Made by a program: the position numbers and the translations under genes
The notes under the pieces: generated by a model
What the model was told of the DNA's origin: nothing
What the model saw: the letters and a program-made list of their open reading frames with translations, nothing else
Database searches by the model: none
Part shown: piece by piece, positions 8,834-17,593 of the stretch
Layout: each line of letters starts with the position of its first letter
Position numbering within the stretch: the first letter of the stretch is position 1
Virus record (IMG/VR): IMGVR_UViG_3300008110_000030
Location: 34,707-98,706 of that record
Source of the DNA: a virus
Length of the DNA stretch: 64,000 nt
Strand: one strand, 5' to 3'

Positions 8834-10609
8834 ATGCGTTTAGATGAATTTCAATTAGCAGGGCAAATGCCCTCCAATATACAAAGAGCTGTTCCTGTAA
8901 CAGCTCAACCTTCTCAACCAGCAGTTGGTTCAGCTGGCGGTAACTCTTTAGAAGATAGCTTGGTAAAATTCGTTGATAAGGCTGACGATTTTCCAGATGA
9001 CTCACCTGTTCATGCTTATGTAAACAGCGTACTTAAAACAATTTTATCTTACATTCCAGATATTACGATACGTGAGAATTCAGCAACAAATCAATCATCT
9101 TTAGATGACACTAATCGTTCGTTATTGGAAGACCTCTTTCCTTATCTATCACAACTTAGTGAAGATTCTAGAAATACCCTTAAGGACTCGATTGACGGTG
9201 CAATACTTACATTAGAGCAAAAACAAAAACTTAGCGGTGAACTTTATAAGATTAAGGGTGCTAAAAAAGCCTTTACTAAACAGAATGTAACAATTCAATT
9301 AGACACCAAAGGCAACATTGCAAAGATGGATGCTGATATTGAAGCAACTGCTAGACAATTTGCCAAAGACTTTAAACTACCATTAAAATGGGCACGTAAC
9401 TTAATTGGCATGTTTGAGGTCAATATCACTAGAGAACAAAGAAAAGAATTCTTAATAGCCTGTAGAGCTGGTACTGCGCTTGATGTTGGTAAAATGATCA
9501 ATGACGGCGAAGGTCGTGTTGAAGACTATGTTTTGTTAGAACAGCCAGAACTTAAGGAAGTTTATAACAGTGTTAAAGACACGCTCCTAGACATCAGTTT
9601 AAGTACAGGTCAACGCGGAGCAACTGGTCCATTTGAAGCCATGATGGCCATCATGGGCGGATGTAAAAAACCTGGTATAAACGAGGGTGGTGATTTAAAG
9701 TATAAAGATTTAAAACTTGAAGTTAAAGCAACCTCAATTAGTGCTGTAACTGAATCTGCTACAGCAGGTAAAGCTAATTCTGCTTGGTTAGATTCTACAG
9801 CAGGTAAAGAAATATCAGGATCAACACTGAGAAGTGTGGCAAATGATTGGTTAGATAATTATGCTACAGAAGCAAGAACAAACAAAGCATTCCAAGATTC
9901 TTGGAAGAAAGCTGATTTCAGACCAGCAGGTCTTGAAAGTTTAAAACAGTGTTTAGTTGATCTTAGAAGTGTAGAAGGAGTTCCTGTTGCTCCAGCTAAG
10001 AAATTAATCAAATATATGATGGGAACTATGTTTCCAAGTATAGTGAAATTACAAAATGAAGGTTATGATTTTGACGCATCTTGTATGAGAATACTAACTG
10101 CAATTGGTAAGTTAGATACAAGCTCTATTGCTAAAGAACAAGGAGTTATGGCTTTATTAGAATATATAACTGGAAAAGGAAATGACGGTTTTGTATTCTT
10201 TAATCCATCAACTCAGAAATTCAAAATTGTTATGGGAGTAAAAGGTGTACTAGAAGAACTCAAATCAAAAAACGGTTCCAACCTACATTTTGATAGTACC
10301 ATGACCATGGGTAAGTCTGCAAAAGCCAGTCCAGGAATATATTATGGTGCAAAACCAAACTCGCCCGAAGGTATAGAATATCTAAAGAAATTTAATTCAA
10401 GTCCAGAACGTGTAGCTCAATTAAAACAAATAGAAGCAGATAAAGCAGCCGCAAGAGAAAATAAATCATTAGCCATGATTCAAGCCGCCAAAGAAGGCGA
10501 GTCAGAATTTGAATTTGATGGTAAAATGTATGCTGTTTCTAAAGCCGCTTTAAAGAAGTATTTTGAGCCTGACATGCCAATCTCCAGAACCAAAAAGAAA
10601 ACCCGTTAA
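8834..10609 (+). CDS. hypothetical protein (591 aa)
   Basis: long ORF, co-directional, no recognisable motifs. Confidence 0.55.
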   Translation: MRLDEFQLAGQMPSNIQRAVPVTAQPSQPAVGSAGGNSLEDSLVKFVDKADDFPDDSPVHAYVNSVLKTILSYIPDITIRENSATNQSSLDDTNRSLLEDLFPYLSQLSEDSRNTLKDSIDGAILTLEQKQKLSGELYKIKGAKKAFTKQNVTIQLDTKGNIAKMDADIEATARQFAKDFKLPLKWARNLIGMFEVNITREQRKEFLIACRAGTALDVGKMINDGEGRVEDYVLLEQPELKEVYNSVKDTLLDISLSTGQRGATGPFEAMMAIMGGCKKPGINEGGDLKYKDLKLEVKATSISAVTESATAGKANSAWLDSTAGKEISGSTLRSVANDWLDNYATEARTNKAFQDSWKKADFRPAGLESLKQCLVDLRSVEGVPVAPAKKLIKYMMGTMFPSIVKLQNEGYDFDASCMRILTAIGKLDTSSIAKEQGVMALLEYITGKGNDGFVFFNPSTQKFKIVMGVKGVLEELKSKNGSNLHFDSTMTMGKSAKASPGIYYGAKPNSPEGIEYLKKFNSSPERVAQLKQIEADKAAARENKSLAMIQAAKEGESEFEFDGKMYAVSKAALKKYFEPDMPISRTKKKTR

Positions 10610-10684
10610 GTATTAATTTACTAAGCATTTAATTTATCGCTCTACTACCGTTAAATAATAATGACGGTAATCGGAGAGCGAGCA

Positions 10685-11230
10685 ATGAAAAAACAAATGT
10701 ATGCCTTTATGCTATTGGCATGGGTAAGTGCTATTCATTCGGCACCATTGAATGACTTTCAATTTAAAAGTCCTGCATTCAATGGAGTTGGTTATAGTTC
10801 ACATGTACTAACCATAGAAAATCAAGAACGTACACGTCAAAACGAACGTGCAGATAAACTACAGGCTGAAATTGACAAAGCAATTTCAGATAAGAAAAAC
10901 ACGAATCTTGCTAAGTTTGTTAGTAACTTAGAATCGCGTATCTACGCACAGATTAGCCAAAACGTAGCAACTGCTATGTTTGCCAATAATAATTGTACAG
11001 CAAGTAGCAACACAAACTGTTCAGGGAATATTGATTTCCAAGGAAACTATATTAGTTGGAGCAAGGTATTAAGCTCTGATGATTCAAACTGTTCTACAGC
11101 ATATGGTTCTTGCATCATGTTGAGAATAGCAGATCCTACAGCAACGAACCCAACAACAGCACCTTGTAATTCTGATGGTGTATCTTGTATCTATGTGCCA
11201 CTAAGTTCATTCCAAATGCCAGGGAATTAA
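10685..11230 (+). CDS. csgF: curli assembly protein CsgF-like
   Basis: signal peptide; mature N-terminus FQFKSPAFNGV matches CsgF FQFRNPNFGGN; immediately precedes csgG; GGAGAG SD (ORF-track start 10661 is upstream alternative). Confidence 0.6.
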   Translation: MKKQMYAFMLLAWVSAIHSAPLNDFQFKSPAFNGVGYSSHVLTIENQERTRQNERADKLQAEIDKAISDKKNTNLAKFVSNLESRIYAQISQNVATAMFANNNCTASSNTNCSGNIDFQGNYISWSKVLSSDDSNCSTAYGSCIMLRIADPTATNPTTAPCNSDGVSCIYVPLSSFQMPGN

Positions 11231-11233
11231 CCC

Positions 11234-12484
11234 ATGAAAAAGACTATTATATCTTTGGCAATCGTAAGTATGCTTTCTGGCTGTGCAATTTTGCAGTCAA
11301 CAGGAGAGTTTGATAAAACTCCAGAACTGACTACTCAGATGAAAGGTGTTAAGAAAGAGTTTGACACCATTCCAAGTCCATCAGCTGGTAGACCATTAAG
11401 TGTTGCTGTATACAGTTTTACTGATAAAACGGGTCAACGTAGACCACAGGCTAATATTGCCAGTTTAAGTTCAGCAGTTACACAAGGCGCAGAATCTTTT
11501 CTAATTCAAGCACTACAAAATGTAGGTCAAGGACAATGGTTTGATGTTGTAGAAAGAGTAGGCATTGATAACCTGACTAAAGAACGATTAATTATTCGCC
11601 AGATGCGTGAAGCATACGAAGGTAAAGATGCTAAACCATTACTACCAATGCAGTTTGCAGGCATTATTATTGAAGGCGGCATTGTAGGCTATGACTCTAG
11701 CACAACTAGTGGTGGTGTTGGACAACGTATTTTTGGTATTGGAAAACAAACACAATGGTCCACTGATAGGGTTACCGTAAGTTTACGAGCAGTTAGCGTA
11801 AACACTGGCAAAGTATTAGCCACAGTGACTACTCAAAAGACTATAATGAGTTCAGCAGACAGTGTGTCTGCATTAAAATTCTTTGATGCTGGAACACAGG
11901 CGTTTGAAGCTGAGGCAGGTTTAACCATAAACGAGCCAGGTACATACGCTGTAAAGGCAACAATTGAAATGGCAGTAGTTGAATTAATTAAAGAAGGACA
12001 ACGCAAGGGAGTATGGGATTACAAGACAGTGGTTAAAGAATCACCACCTGTATCAATCGCACCACCCCCACAGGCAGCTCCAGTGATTAGCAGTGAAGTA
12101 AGACAGAAAGAAGAAATTAAAGTAGAGGAGAAGAAAGATGTCGTGGTTCAATCACAAACCCAATCCGAAACGAAAACAGAAGCCGCACCCAGTGCCTCCA
12201 CAGAAGTAAAAAAAGAGACACTTAAGGACGGTGCAGAACTAAAAGTAACAGCAATGCAAACTGGGGTAAAACCAACAATAGATCTTTTTGGTGCTAGGTA
12301 TTTAAAAGAAGATTCATTTGTATATAAAGAAGCAAACGAAAAAAGTCAGCGAACTTGGCTATTAAAGAAAGGCACTGAATTATACATTATTACTCCAGGA
12401 CCAGAAGGTTGGCACCAAGTAAGAGACGCAGAGAAGCGTAAAGGTTTTGTCAAGAATTCAGTACTCGGAACTGACAAACCATAA
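11234..12484 (+). CDS. csgG: curli production assembly/transport lipoprotein CsgG with C-terminal Pro/Lys/Glu-rich linker and SH3-like extension
   Basis: lipobox LSGCA; collinear with E. coli CsgG (VAVYSFTDKTGQ, IIEGGIVGYDSSTTSGGVGQRIFGIGKQTQ, LRAVSVNTGKVL); about 140 extra C-terminal aa. Confidence 0.9.
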   Translation: MKKTIISLAIVSMLSGCAILQSTGEFDKTPELTTQMKGVKKEFDTIPSPSAGRPLSVAVYSFTDKTGQRRPQANIASLSSAVTQGAESFLIQALQNVGQGQWFDVVERVGIDNLTKERLIIRQMREAYEGKDAKPLLPMQFAGIIIEGGIVGYDSSTTSGGVGQRIFGIGKQTQWSTDRVTVSLRAVSVNTGKVLATVTTQKTIMSSADSVSALKFFDAGTQAFEAEAGLTINEPGTYAVKATIEMAVVELIKEGQRKGVWDYKTVVKESPPVSIAPPPQAAPVISSEVRQKEEIKVEEKKDVVVQSQTQSETKTEAAPSASTEVKKETLKDGAELKVTAMQTGVKPTIDLFGARYLKEDSFVYKEANEKSQRTWLLKKGTELYIITPGPEGWHQVRDAEKRKGFVKNSVLGTDKP

Positions 12485-12582
12485 AGATAGCGAGTACGGA
12501 GGAACGTAGAGGTAAACTTAATTTAATGGCCGTAGGCCAAGGAGCGTGGTTGGAGAATATATAATCCAATCGTGTATAAAAG

Positions 12583-13557
12583 ATGGACAAAAGAAACAAA
12601 GGCGTTGGTAAGTTGTCGAGAAAATTACTTACAATTCTGGTGTTGTCTGGAATGGCAACATTGGGTCATGCGGCTGATAACAGCATCTACATTGATCAAG
12701 CAGGTGACAACAGCACAATTACTATGACACAAGATGGTGCTGGTAATAAAGTAAAAGGCATTTTGTCAAGCGGTGTTGCTGGAGGTACTACAGATCCTGC
12801 TAAACTTACTGGCAATGCTCAAACAGTTAACATTGAGCAAACTGGTGCAACCAACGTCTTGGCATTGGGAGTTAATTCAACGCAAGGTGGTTTAGTACAA
12901 GGATATGCTAACATAGGTGTGAATTTAAACTATCAAGTAAGTGGTGGTGGAAACACTGGTTATATTAACATTAATAACAATGGTCAAGGAACTGCAATTG
13001 GTAATGTGGTCAGTATTATACAAAGTGGTGGCGGTGGAACAGCAACACTTAACATGACTGGAACTAGTAATCAATTGACTGTTGGTCAGAGTGGTGGTGC
13101 TAACAATACATTTATAGGCACAATCAATGCTGACGAAACTGTAGCAACTGTAAGTAACACACTAGGTGGTGGTAATACTACAACATTAGACATGACTGGA
13201 AATAAAGGTCAAGTTAGTGTTACAACAACAGGCACTACAAATACAACAAGCGTGACACAAAGCGCATTTGGATCAACTGGTGCGCAAGTACTAGTTAACA
13301 TTGATGGTTCAGGCAATAATACAACTGTTACACAAAGTGGTATGTATGATCACTATGCTAGTCTAAGTGTAGTTGGCAGTGGTAATAACTTTACAATAGC
13401 ACAGTCTGGTGGTTCTGCAACTGGACATTCTGCTACATTGTCTGTAACTGGAAGTACAAACACTGTTGGTATCACACAGCAAGGATCAGTTGCCAATCTA
13501 ACCAACATGGCAGTAAATGGTAGTAATAATACATACACTATACTACAGAAAAATTAA
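12583..13557 (+). CDS. secreted curlin-repeat protein (CsgA/CsgB-like amyloid subunit)
   Basis: signal peptide; many imperfect repeats of type N-x-T-V-x-Q-x-G-x-x-N (for example NQLTVGQSGGANN, NTTVTQSGMYDH, NFTIAQSGGSATGHSATLSVTGSTNTVGITQQGSVAN). Confidence 0.7.
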   Translation: MDKRNKGVGKLSRKLLTILVLSGMATLGHAADNSIYIDQAGDNSTITMTQDGAGNKVKGILSSGVAGGTTDPAKLTGNAQTVNIEQTGATNVLALGVNSTQGGLVQGYANIGVNLNYQVSGGGNTGYININNNGQGTAIGNVVSIIQSGGGGTATLNMTGTSNQLTVGQSGGANNTFIGTINADETVATVSNTLGGGNTTTLDMTGNKGQVSVTTTGTTNTTSVTQSAFGSTGAQVLVNIDGSGNNTTVTQSGMYDHYASLSVVGSGNNFTIAQSGGSATGHSATLSVTGSTNTVGITQQGSVANLTNMAVNGSNNTYTILQKN

Positions 13558-13566
13558 GAGGTTGGA

Positions 13567-14673
13567 ATGAACGTATGGCTAGCAATATTACTTGTTTCGT
13601 TACTGCACACATCAAATGCTCAAGCGGCAATTGGTAAAGTAACGGAACAGGTAAACATACCTCCTACAATTCAACGAGATAAATCAACCCTAACTGGCAG
13701 CAAAGGTACAGGTGTTGAGATGAATGACTCAATTAAAACTTCTCAAGGCAAAGTGGGCATTACCTTTGAAGATGATACCCGTGTACAAGTAAACGAAAAC
13801 AGTAAACTGGTTATTGATGACTTTGTTTATGATCCAAAAACCAAAGCAGGTAAACTAGGTGCTAAGATTGCACTAGGTACTGTACGCTATGCTAGTGGAC
13901 AGATTGCTAAGAATAGTCCACAGAGTGTAAACCTTAATACACCTAGTGCTACTGTAGCAGTTCGTGGTACGGACTTTACAGCCACAGTAGACGAACTTGG
14001 TGAGAGTACAATTATTCTACTACCTAGTTGTCCTAACGATAGACCTACACGTACAGTAAAAGACATTGAAGCAAGTTGTAAAACTGGTGTAATTGAAGTC
14101 AGCAATGACGTGGGCACTGTAATATTAAATCAACCGTTCCAAGTAACTAAAGTACAGAGCAGAACACAACCTCCTACTCCACCTAAAACACTGGAGTTAT
14201 CTGAAATGGCTATCAGTAACTTGATAATTTTGAGTCCTCCAAAAGAAGTTAAGCAAGCTCAAGAAGAACAGCGTAAAGTGTTTAATCCTTTAGACATAGA
14301 TTTTCTAAAAGAAAAAGGATTAGAGAACTGGCTTGATATGCAAGCTGGAGTTATCTACGAAGACAAACTAAAGAAAAACTTTTTGGATAACGATTTCCTA
14401 GCCAGCTTATTTGACATTATTGGTAATCAATTGGATCAAAAATTCTTAGACCCAGTAGATCCTGTACTACCTGACTACAAGAGAGCTACTGGTATCGTTG
14501 CCTACAAAGATGATACGAGTATTGAATTGTGTAGAGATAGTGGTGCTGACATACAGTGTGTTAAAACTCCTTTAACACAGAACAGTACAATCTTCCAAAC
14601 ACAAGGTAGTTTAGAGTTTAAGAATCGTGTTAATCAAGGCGGTAATACTATCATTACCTTAATACAAAGATGA
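13567..14673 (+). CDS. secreted FecR-domain protein
   Basis: signal peptide; TPSATVAVRGTDFTATV matches FecR-domain core (x-V-x-V-RGT-x-F); sits between the two curlin-like genes. Confidence 0.5.
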   Translation: MNVWLAILLVSLLHTSNAQAAIGKVTEQVNIPPTIQRDKSTLTGSKGTGVEMNDSIKTSQGKVGITFEDDTRVQVNENSKLVIDDFVYDPKTKAGKLGAKIALGTVRYASGQIAKNSPQSVNLNTPSATVAVRGTDFTATVDELGESTIILLPSCPNDRPTRTVKDIEASCKTGVIEVSNDVGTVILNQPFQVTKVQSRTQPPTPPKTLELSEMAISNLIILSPPKEVKQAQEEQRKVFNPLDIDFLKEKGLENWLDMQAGVIYEDKLKKNFLDNDFLASLFDIIGNQLDQKFLDPVDPVLPDYKRATGIVAYKDDTSIELCRDSGADIQCVKTPLTQNSTIFQTQGSLEFKNRVNQGGNTIITLIQR

Positions 14674-15938
14674 AACGTTTTATTTTAGGATTTGTAATCT
14701 TGTGGTGTGTATGTTTGAGTGCAATTGCTCAAGCCACGTCTTTTACTGATTTAAAATTTGGTCAATATCAGATTGCAGATTCTCAATGGGACGTTGGGGC
14801 ATGTTTGTATACAAATACTTGTAATATTTACAGTACTCAACCAGGAACAATGTATCAAATACCTTGGTGGAACGGACAGTGGAACTGGCAATCTGGTCAG
14901 TATGTTAAATTTTTATTAAGTGGAATCTCTGGATATCCTTACACCGCAAATGTTTACAATAGTGACGGCAGTCTAGCAGGTAGTATAGGTAGTGGTAAAA
15001 TTATTAACATGGGTGTTGATGCAAATGGTTATGCATTATTTTTCTTTGTAGGGACAGATGATAATACTGGACAACTTTTTAGTACAAATTACGGATTTAC
15101 AGGTACGGGCGGATATTCTTGGACTGGTACATTAAATCCAACAATTTCACAAGTTGACTCATTTTCTGTAAGTTACGGATCAACGACACCATTAAGTCCT
15201 GGTCAAACATTTACTGCTACCAGTTCAACTCCATCTGGACCAACAGTCTCAGGCGGAACTATAACACAGTCTAACGCTCCAAATAATCAAATTATAGGCA
15301 GTGGAAGTGGTATTGGAATCAGCAACAATCAACAAAGTCGTGTAAACACTTGGAATAACGGTAGCAATCAAAATGCCAATAACTATTTGTATATTGATCA
15401 AGTAAGTGGTTCCTACAATGACGTAACTATTACACAAACAACTAGTACAGGTAAGAACAAAATAGAAGCGACAATAGGCGGAACTGGAAATAATGTTATT
15501 AACGCAACACAATCTGGTACTAACTATCTTAAGTTAGATGTCACTGGTAATAACAACAATGTAACAAGTCAACAGTCTAATAATAGTTTGACTAGCAATT
15601 ATAAAGAAACTACAGTTAATGGTAATAGTAATATTATTAGTACTAACCAAAAAGACAATTCTAATCACATAATGTTTACCACAGTAACTGGTAACAGTAA
15701 TAGTGTGACAGCAGTACAAGAAGGCACAGGTGGTCACTATTTAGAAAATAAACTTACTGGCAACAATAATAGTGTACTTGCTAATCAGAGCGGAAATACA
15801 AAAAATAACGCCACTATAGATTTAACTAATAATGGCGGAGCCGCCAGTGTTGATTTACAACAATCTGGCGGGAAATCTTTTAGTATTATTCAAAGTTGTA
15901 CCAATCCTGCAGGATGTAGTACTGTGGTAAGACAATAA
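14670..15938 (+). CDS. curlin-repeat protein with about 230-aa non-repeat N-terminal domain
   Basis: signal peptide; C-terminal half made of curlin-like repeats (YIDQVSGSYNDVTITQT, VINATQSGTNYLKLDVTGNNNNVTSQQS, VTAVQEGTGGHY, VLANQSGNTKNNATIDL, VDLQQSGGKS); ATGA overlap with previous gene. Confidence 0.65.
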   Translation: MKRFILGFVILWCVCLSAIAQATSFTDLKFGQYQIADSQWDVGACLYTNTCNIYSTQPGTMYQIPWWNGQWNWQSGQYVKFLLSGISGYPYTANVYNSDGSLAGSIGSGKIINMGVDANGYALFFFVGTDDNTGQLFSTNYGFTGTGGYSWTGTLNPTISQVDSFSVSYGSTTPLSPGQTFTATSSTPSGPTVSGGTITQSNAPNNQIIGSGSGIGISNNQQSRVNTWNNGSNQNANNYLYIDQVSGSYNDVTITQTTSTGKNKIEATIGGTGNNVINATQSGTNYLKLDVTGNNNNVTSQQSNNSLTSNYKETTVNGNSNIISTNQKDNSNHIMFTTVTGNSNSVTAVQEGTGGHYLENKLTGNNNSVLANQSGNTKNNATIDLTNNGGAASVDLQQSGGKSFSIIQSCTNPAGCSTVVRQ

Positions 15939-16628
15939 TTATACCTTAAATAACCATTTCTTTGTTATGTGTAATCTTGCCTTGTTGTACTGAACAGCAG
16001 TAATAACTAGAGCAACTGCCCAAGGTACAATAGTAGCGGCCCAAGGAACTAATCCTGCCCACCACGTAGCCATTAATGGTTCTTTCATCAACATTAACAT
16101 AGCCACGGCAAACAAGACAAACGATCCTACAAATACTGTGTCAGGATATTTTTCTAGTATCTTACTAACTAGGCCAGCACCAAACAAAATAATTGGCACA
16201 CTGATTAACAAGCCAGCAATTACTAAAACAAAACTTCCATTAGCGGCTGCGGCAATACCTAGTGCGTTGTCTATGCCCATAACAGCATCGGCAACTACGA
16301 TAGTACCAATAGCACCCCAAAAGGTGTCCTTGGCTTCTATGTTATGCTCGTCATGTGTAAATGCTAACTTCCAACCAATCCATAACAATGCAAGAGCACC
16401 TATTGCTCTAAGTCCAGGAATTAGTAATAGGTAAGTTAATGCGGCTACAGATATGAAGCGTATTGCGATGGCACCAAAGGTACCCCAAAAGATTGCTTTC
16501 TTGCGCAAGTGATCTGGTAGTTTATTAGCTGCCATTCCAATAACAAGAGCGTTATCGCCAGCTAATACAATGTCTATCAAAATGATAGCTAAAAATGCCC
16601 AAAGGGCCTGAAGCGTAAAGAGTTCCAT
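15939..16628 (-). CDS. TerC/YjbE-family integral membrane protein
   Basis: 229 aa on minus strand; duplicated LAGDNALVIG / GIDNALGIA motifs typical of TerC family; multiple TM helices. Confidence 0.8.
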   Translation of the reverse strand: MELFTLQALWAFLAIILIDIVLAGDNALVIGMAANKLPDHLRKKAIFWGTFGAIAIRFISVAALTYLLLIPGLRAIGALALLWIGWKLAFTHDEHNIEAKDTFWGAIGTIVVADAVMGIDNALGIAAAANGSFVLVIAGLLISVPIILFGAGLVSKILEKYPDTVFVGSFVLFAVAMLMLMKEPLMATWWAGLVPWAATIVPWAVALVITAVQYNKARLHITKKWLFKV

Positions 16629-16715
16629 AATTTACCTTAAAGTTATGGTCTCACCTCTTTGTCCATGCACCGGATACTGTTGTATCGTGTTGACGGCACA
16701 TAAAACCAACACCAG

Positions 16716-17300
16716 TTGGTTAGTTACTCCCCAAAGATATTTAGTAAATACAATATGCGAGCAAAAGAATTCATTATAGAAGCAGAAGCTAGCGATGCTG
16801 AGTTAACGCAACGTTACGGCAAGTTTGAACCCGAAGATAAACCAATGTTACCAACCACAAGAGTTGGTGGTGCGCCTTCCCCAACTTTATGGACAGCCTA
16901 CGAAGTAATTCGAAATATTTTAGGCAAAGATAAAGTTACAGACGACGATGATGAATTAGCTCCTGGAATGTACTATGTGTATCAAAGCTTAGGCTCTCCT
17001 ATGTTTAAAGACACAGGTGATGGAGTAGGTAGTATCAATCTTCCCAACTTAGATAGTACTAGTGCTCGAGATGTTGCCATGGCTGCTCACGAAGCATACC
17101 ATGCTTATGTACACAATAAAAGTCTTGGCGGAGTTGCTTATGCCAATGAAAAGATTATTAACAAACTAGCAGAAAAGTGGTTGAGAAATCACTTGTCAGG
17201 ACCAGCATTACACACTGCACTAGAAAAAATAGTGGGCAGTAGAATCAGTTATGGTCCAAACCATATGCCTAACAGTTCAACAATAGATAAAAGAAAATGA
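16716..17300 (+). CDS. hypothetical protein
   Basis: ORF-track start is TTG; first ATG at 16755; no recognisable motifs. Confidence 0.45.
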   Translation: MVSYSPKIFSKYNMRAKEFIIEAEASDAELTQRYGKFEPEDKPMLPTTRVGGAPSPTLWTAYEVIRNILGKDKVTDDDDELAPGMYYVYQSLGSPMFKDTGDGVGSINLPNLDSTSARDVAMAAHEAYHAYVHNKSLGGVAYANEKIINKLAEKWLRNHLSGPALHTALEKIVGSRISYGPNHMPNSSTIDKRK

Positions 17301-17593
17301 TTAAGAAAATCTTATTAATTCTATTGGTCTGCTTACCCAGTCTAGTTAACGCCCAATTCCAATACGATTATCCATTGTTGTGCGACCGCACTGCAAAGAT
17401 CATACAAAGTCTCGGGGACGACTGGAAAGAAACGCTGACTTGGAGTGGAAAACACATCAGTGACAACAGTGTCTACAGTCTGTGGACCAATGAAAAAAAT
17501 GGATCATGGACCCTATTAAAGATGACTTCAGAAGTTTCGTGTATACTTGGAACGGGTAGCGAATCAAAAGTAAACTTAGGAATGCCTATATAA
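17297..17593 (+). CDS. small secreted protein
   Basis: signal peptide MIKKILLILLVCLPSLVNAQ; ATGA overlap upstream and TAATG overlap downstream. Confidence 0.45.
   Translation: MIKKILLILLVCLPSLVNAQFQYDYPLLCDRTAKIIQSLGDDWKETLTWSGKHISDNSVYSLWTNEKNGSWTLLKMTSEVSCILGTGSESKVNLGMPI

Noticed and set aside
12485-12582. Possible promoter (TATATAAT) before the first curlin gene
   Set aside because: No acceptable -35 at 16-18 nt spacing; TATAAT-like strings are frequent in this AT-rich DNA
16138-16434. 98-aa + strand ORF
   Set aside because: Antisense to the TerC-family gene whose hydrophobic periodicity and motifs are convincing
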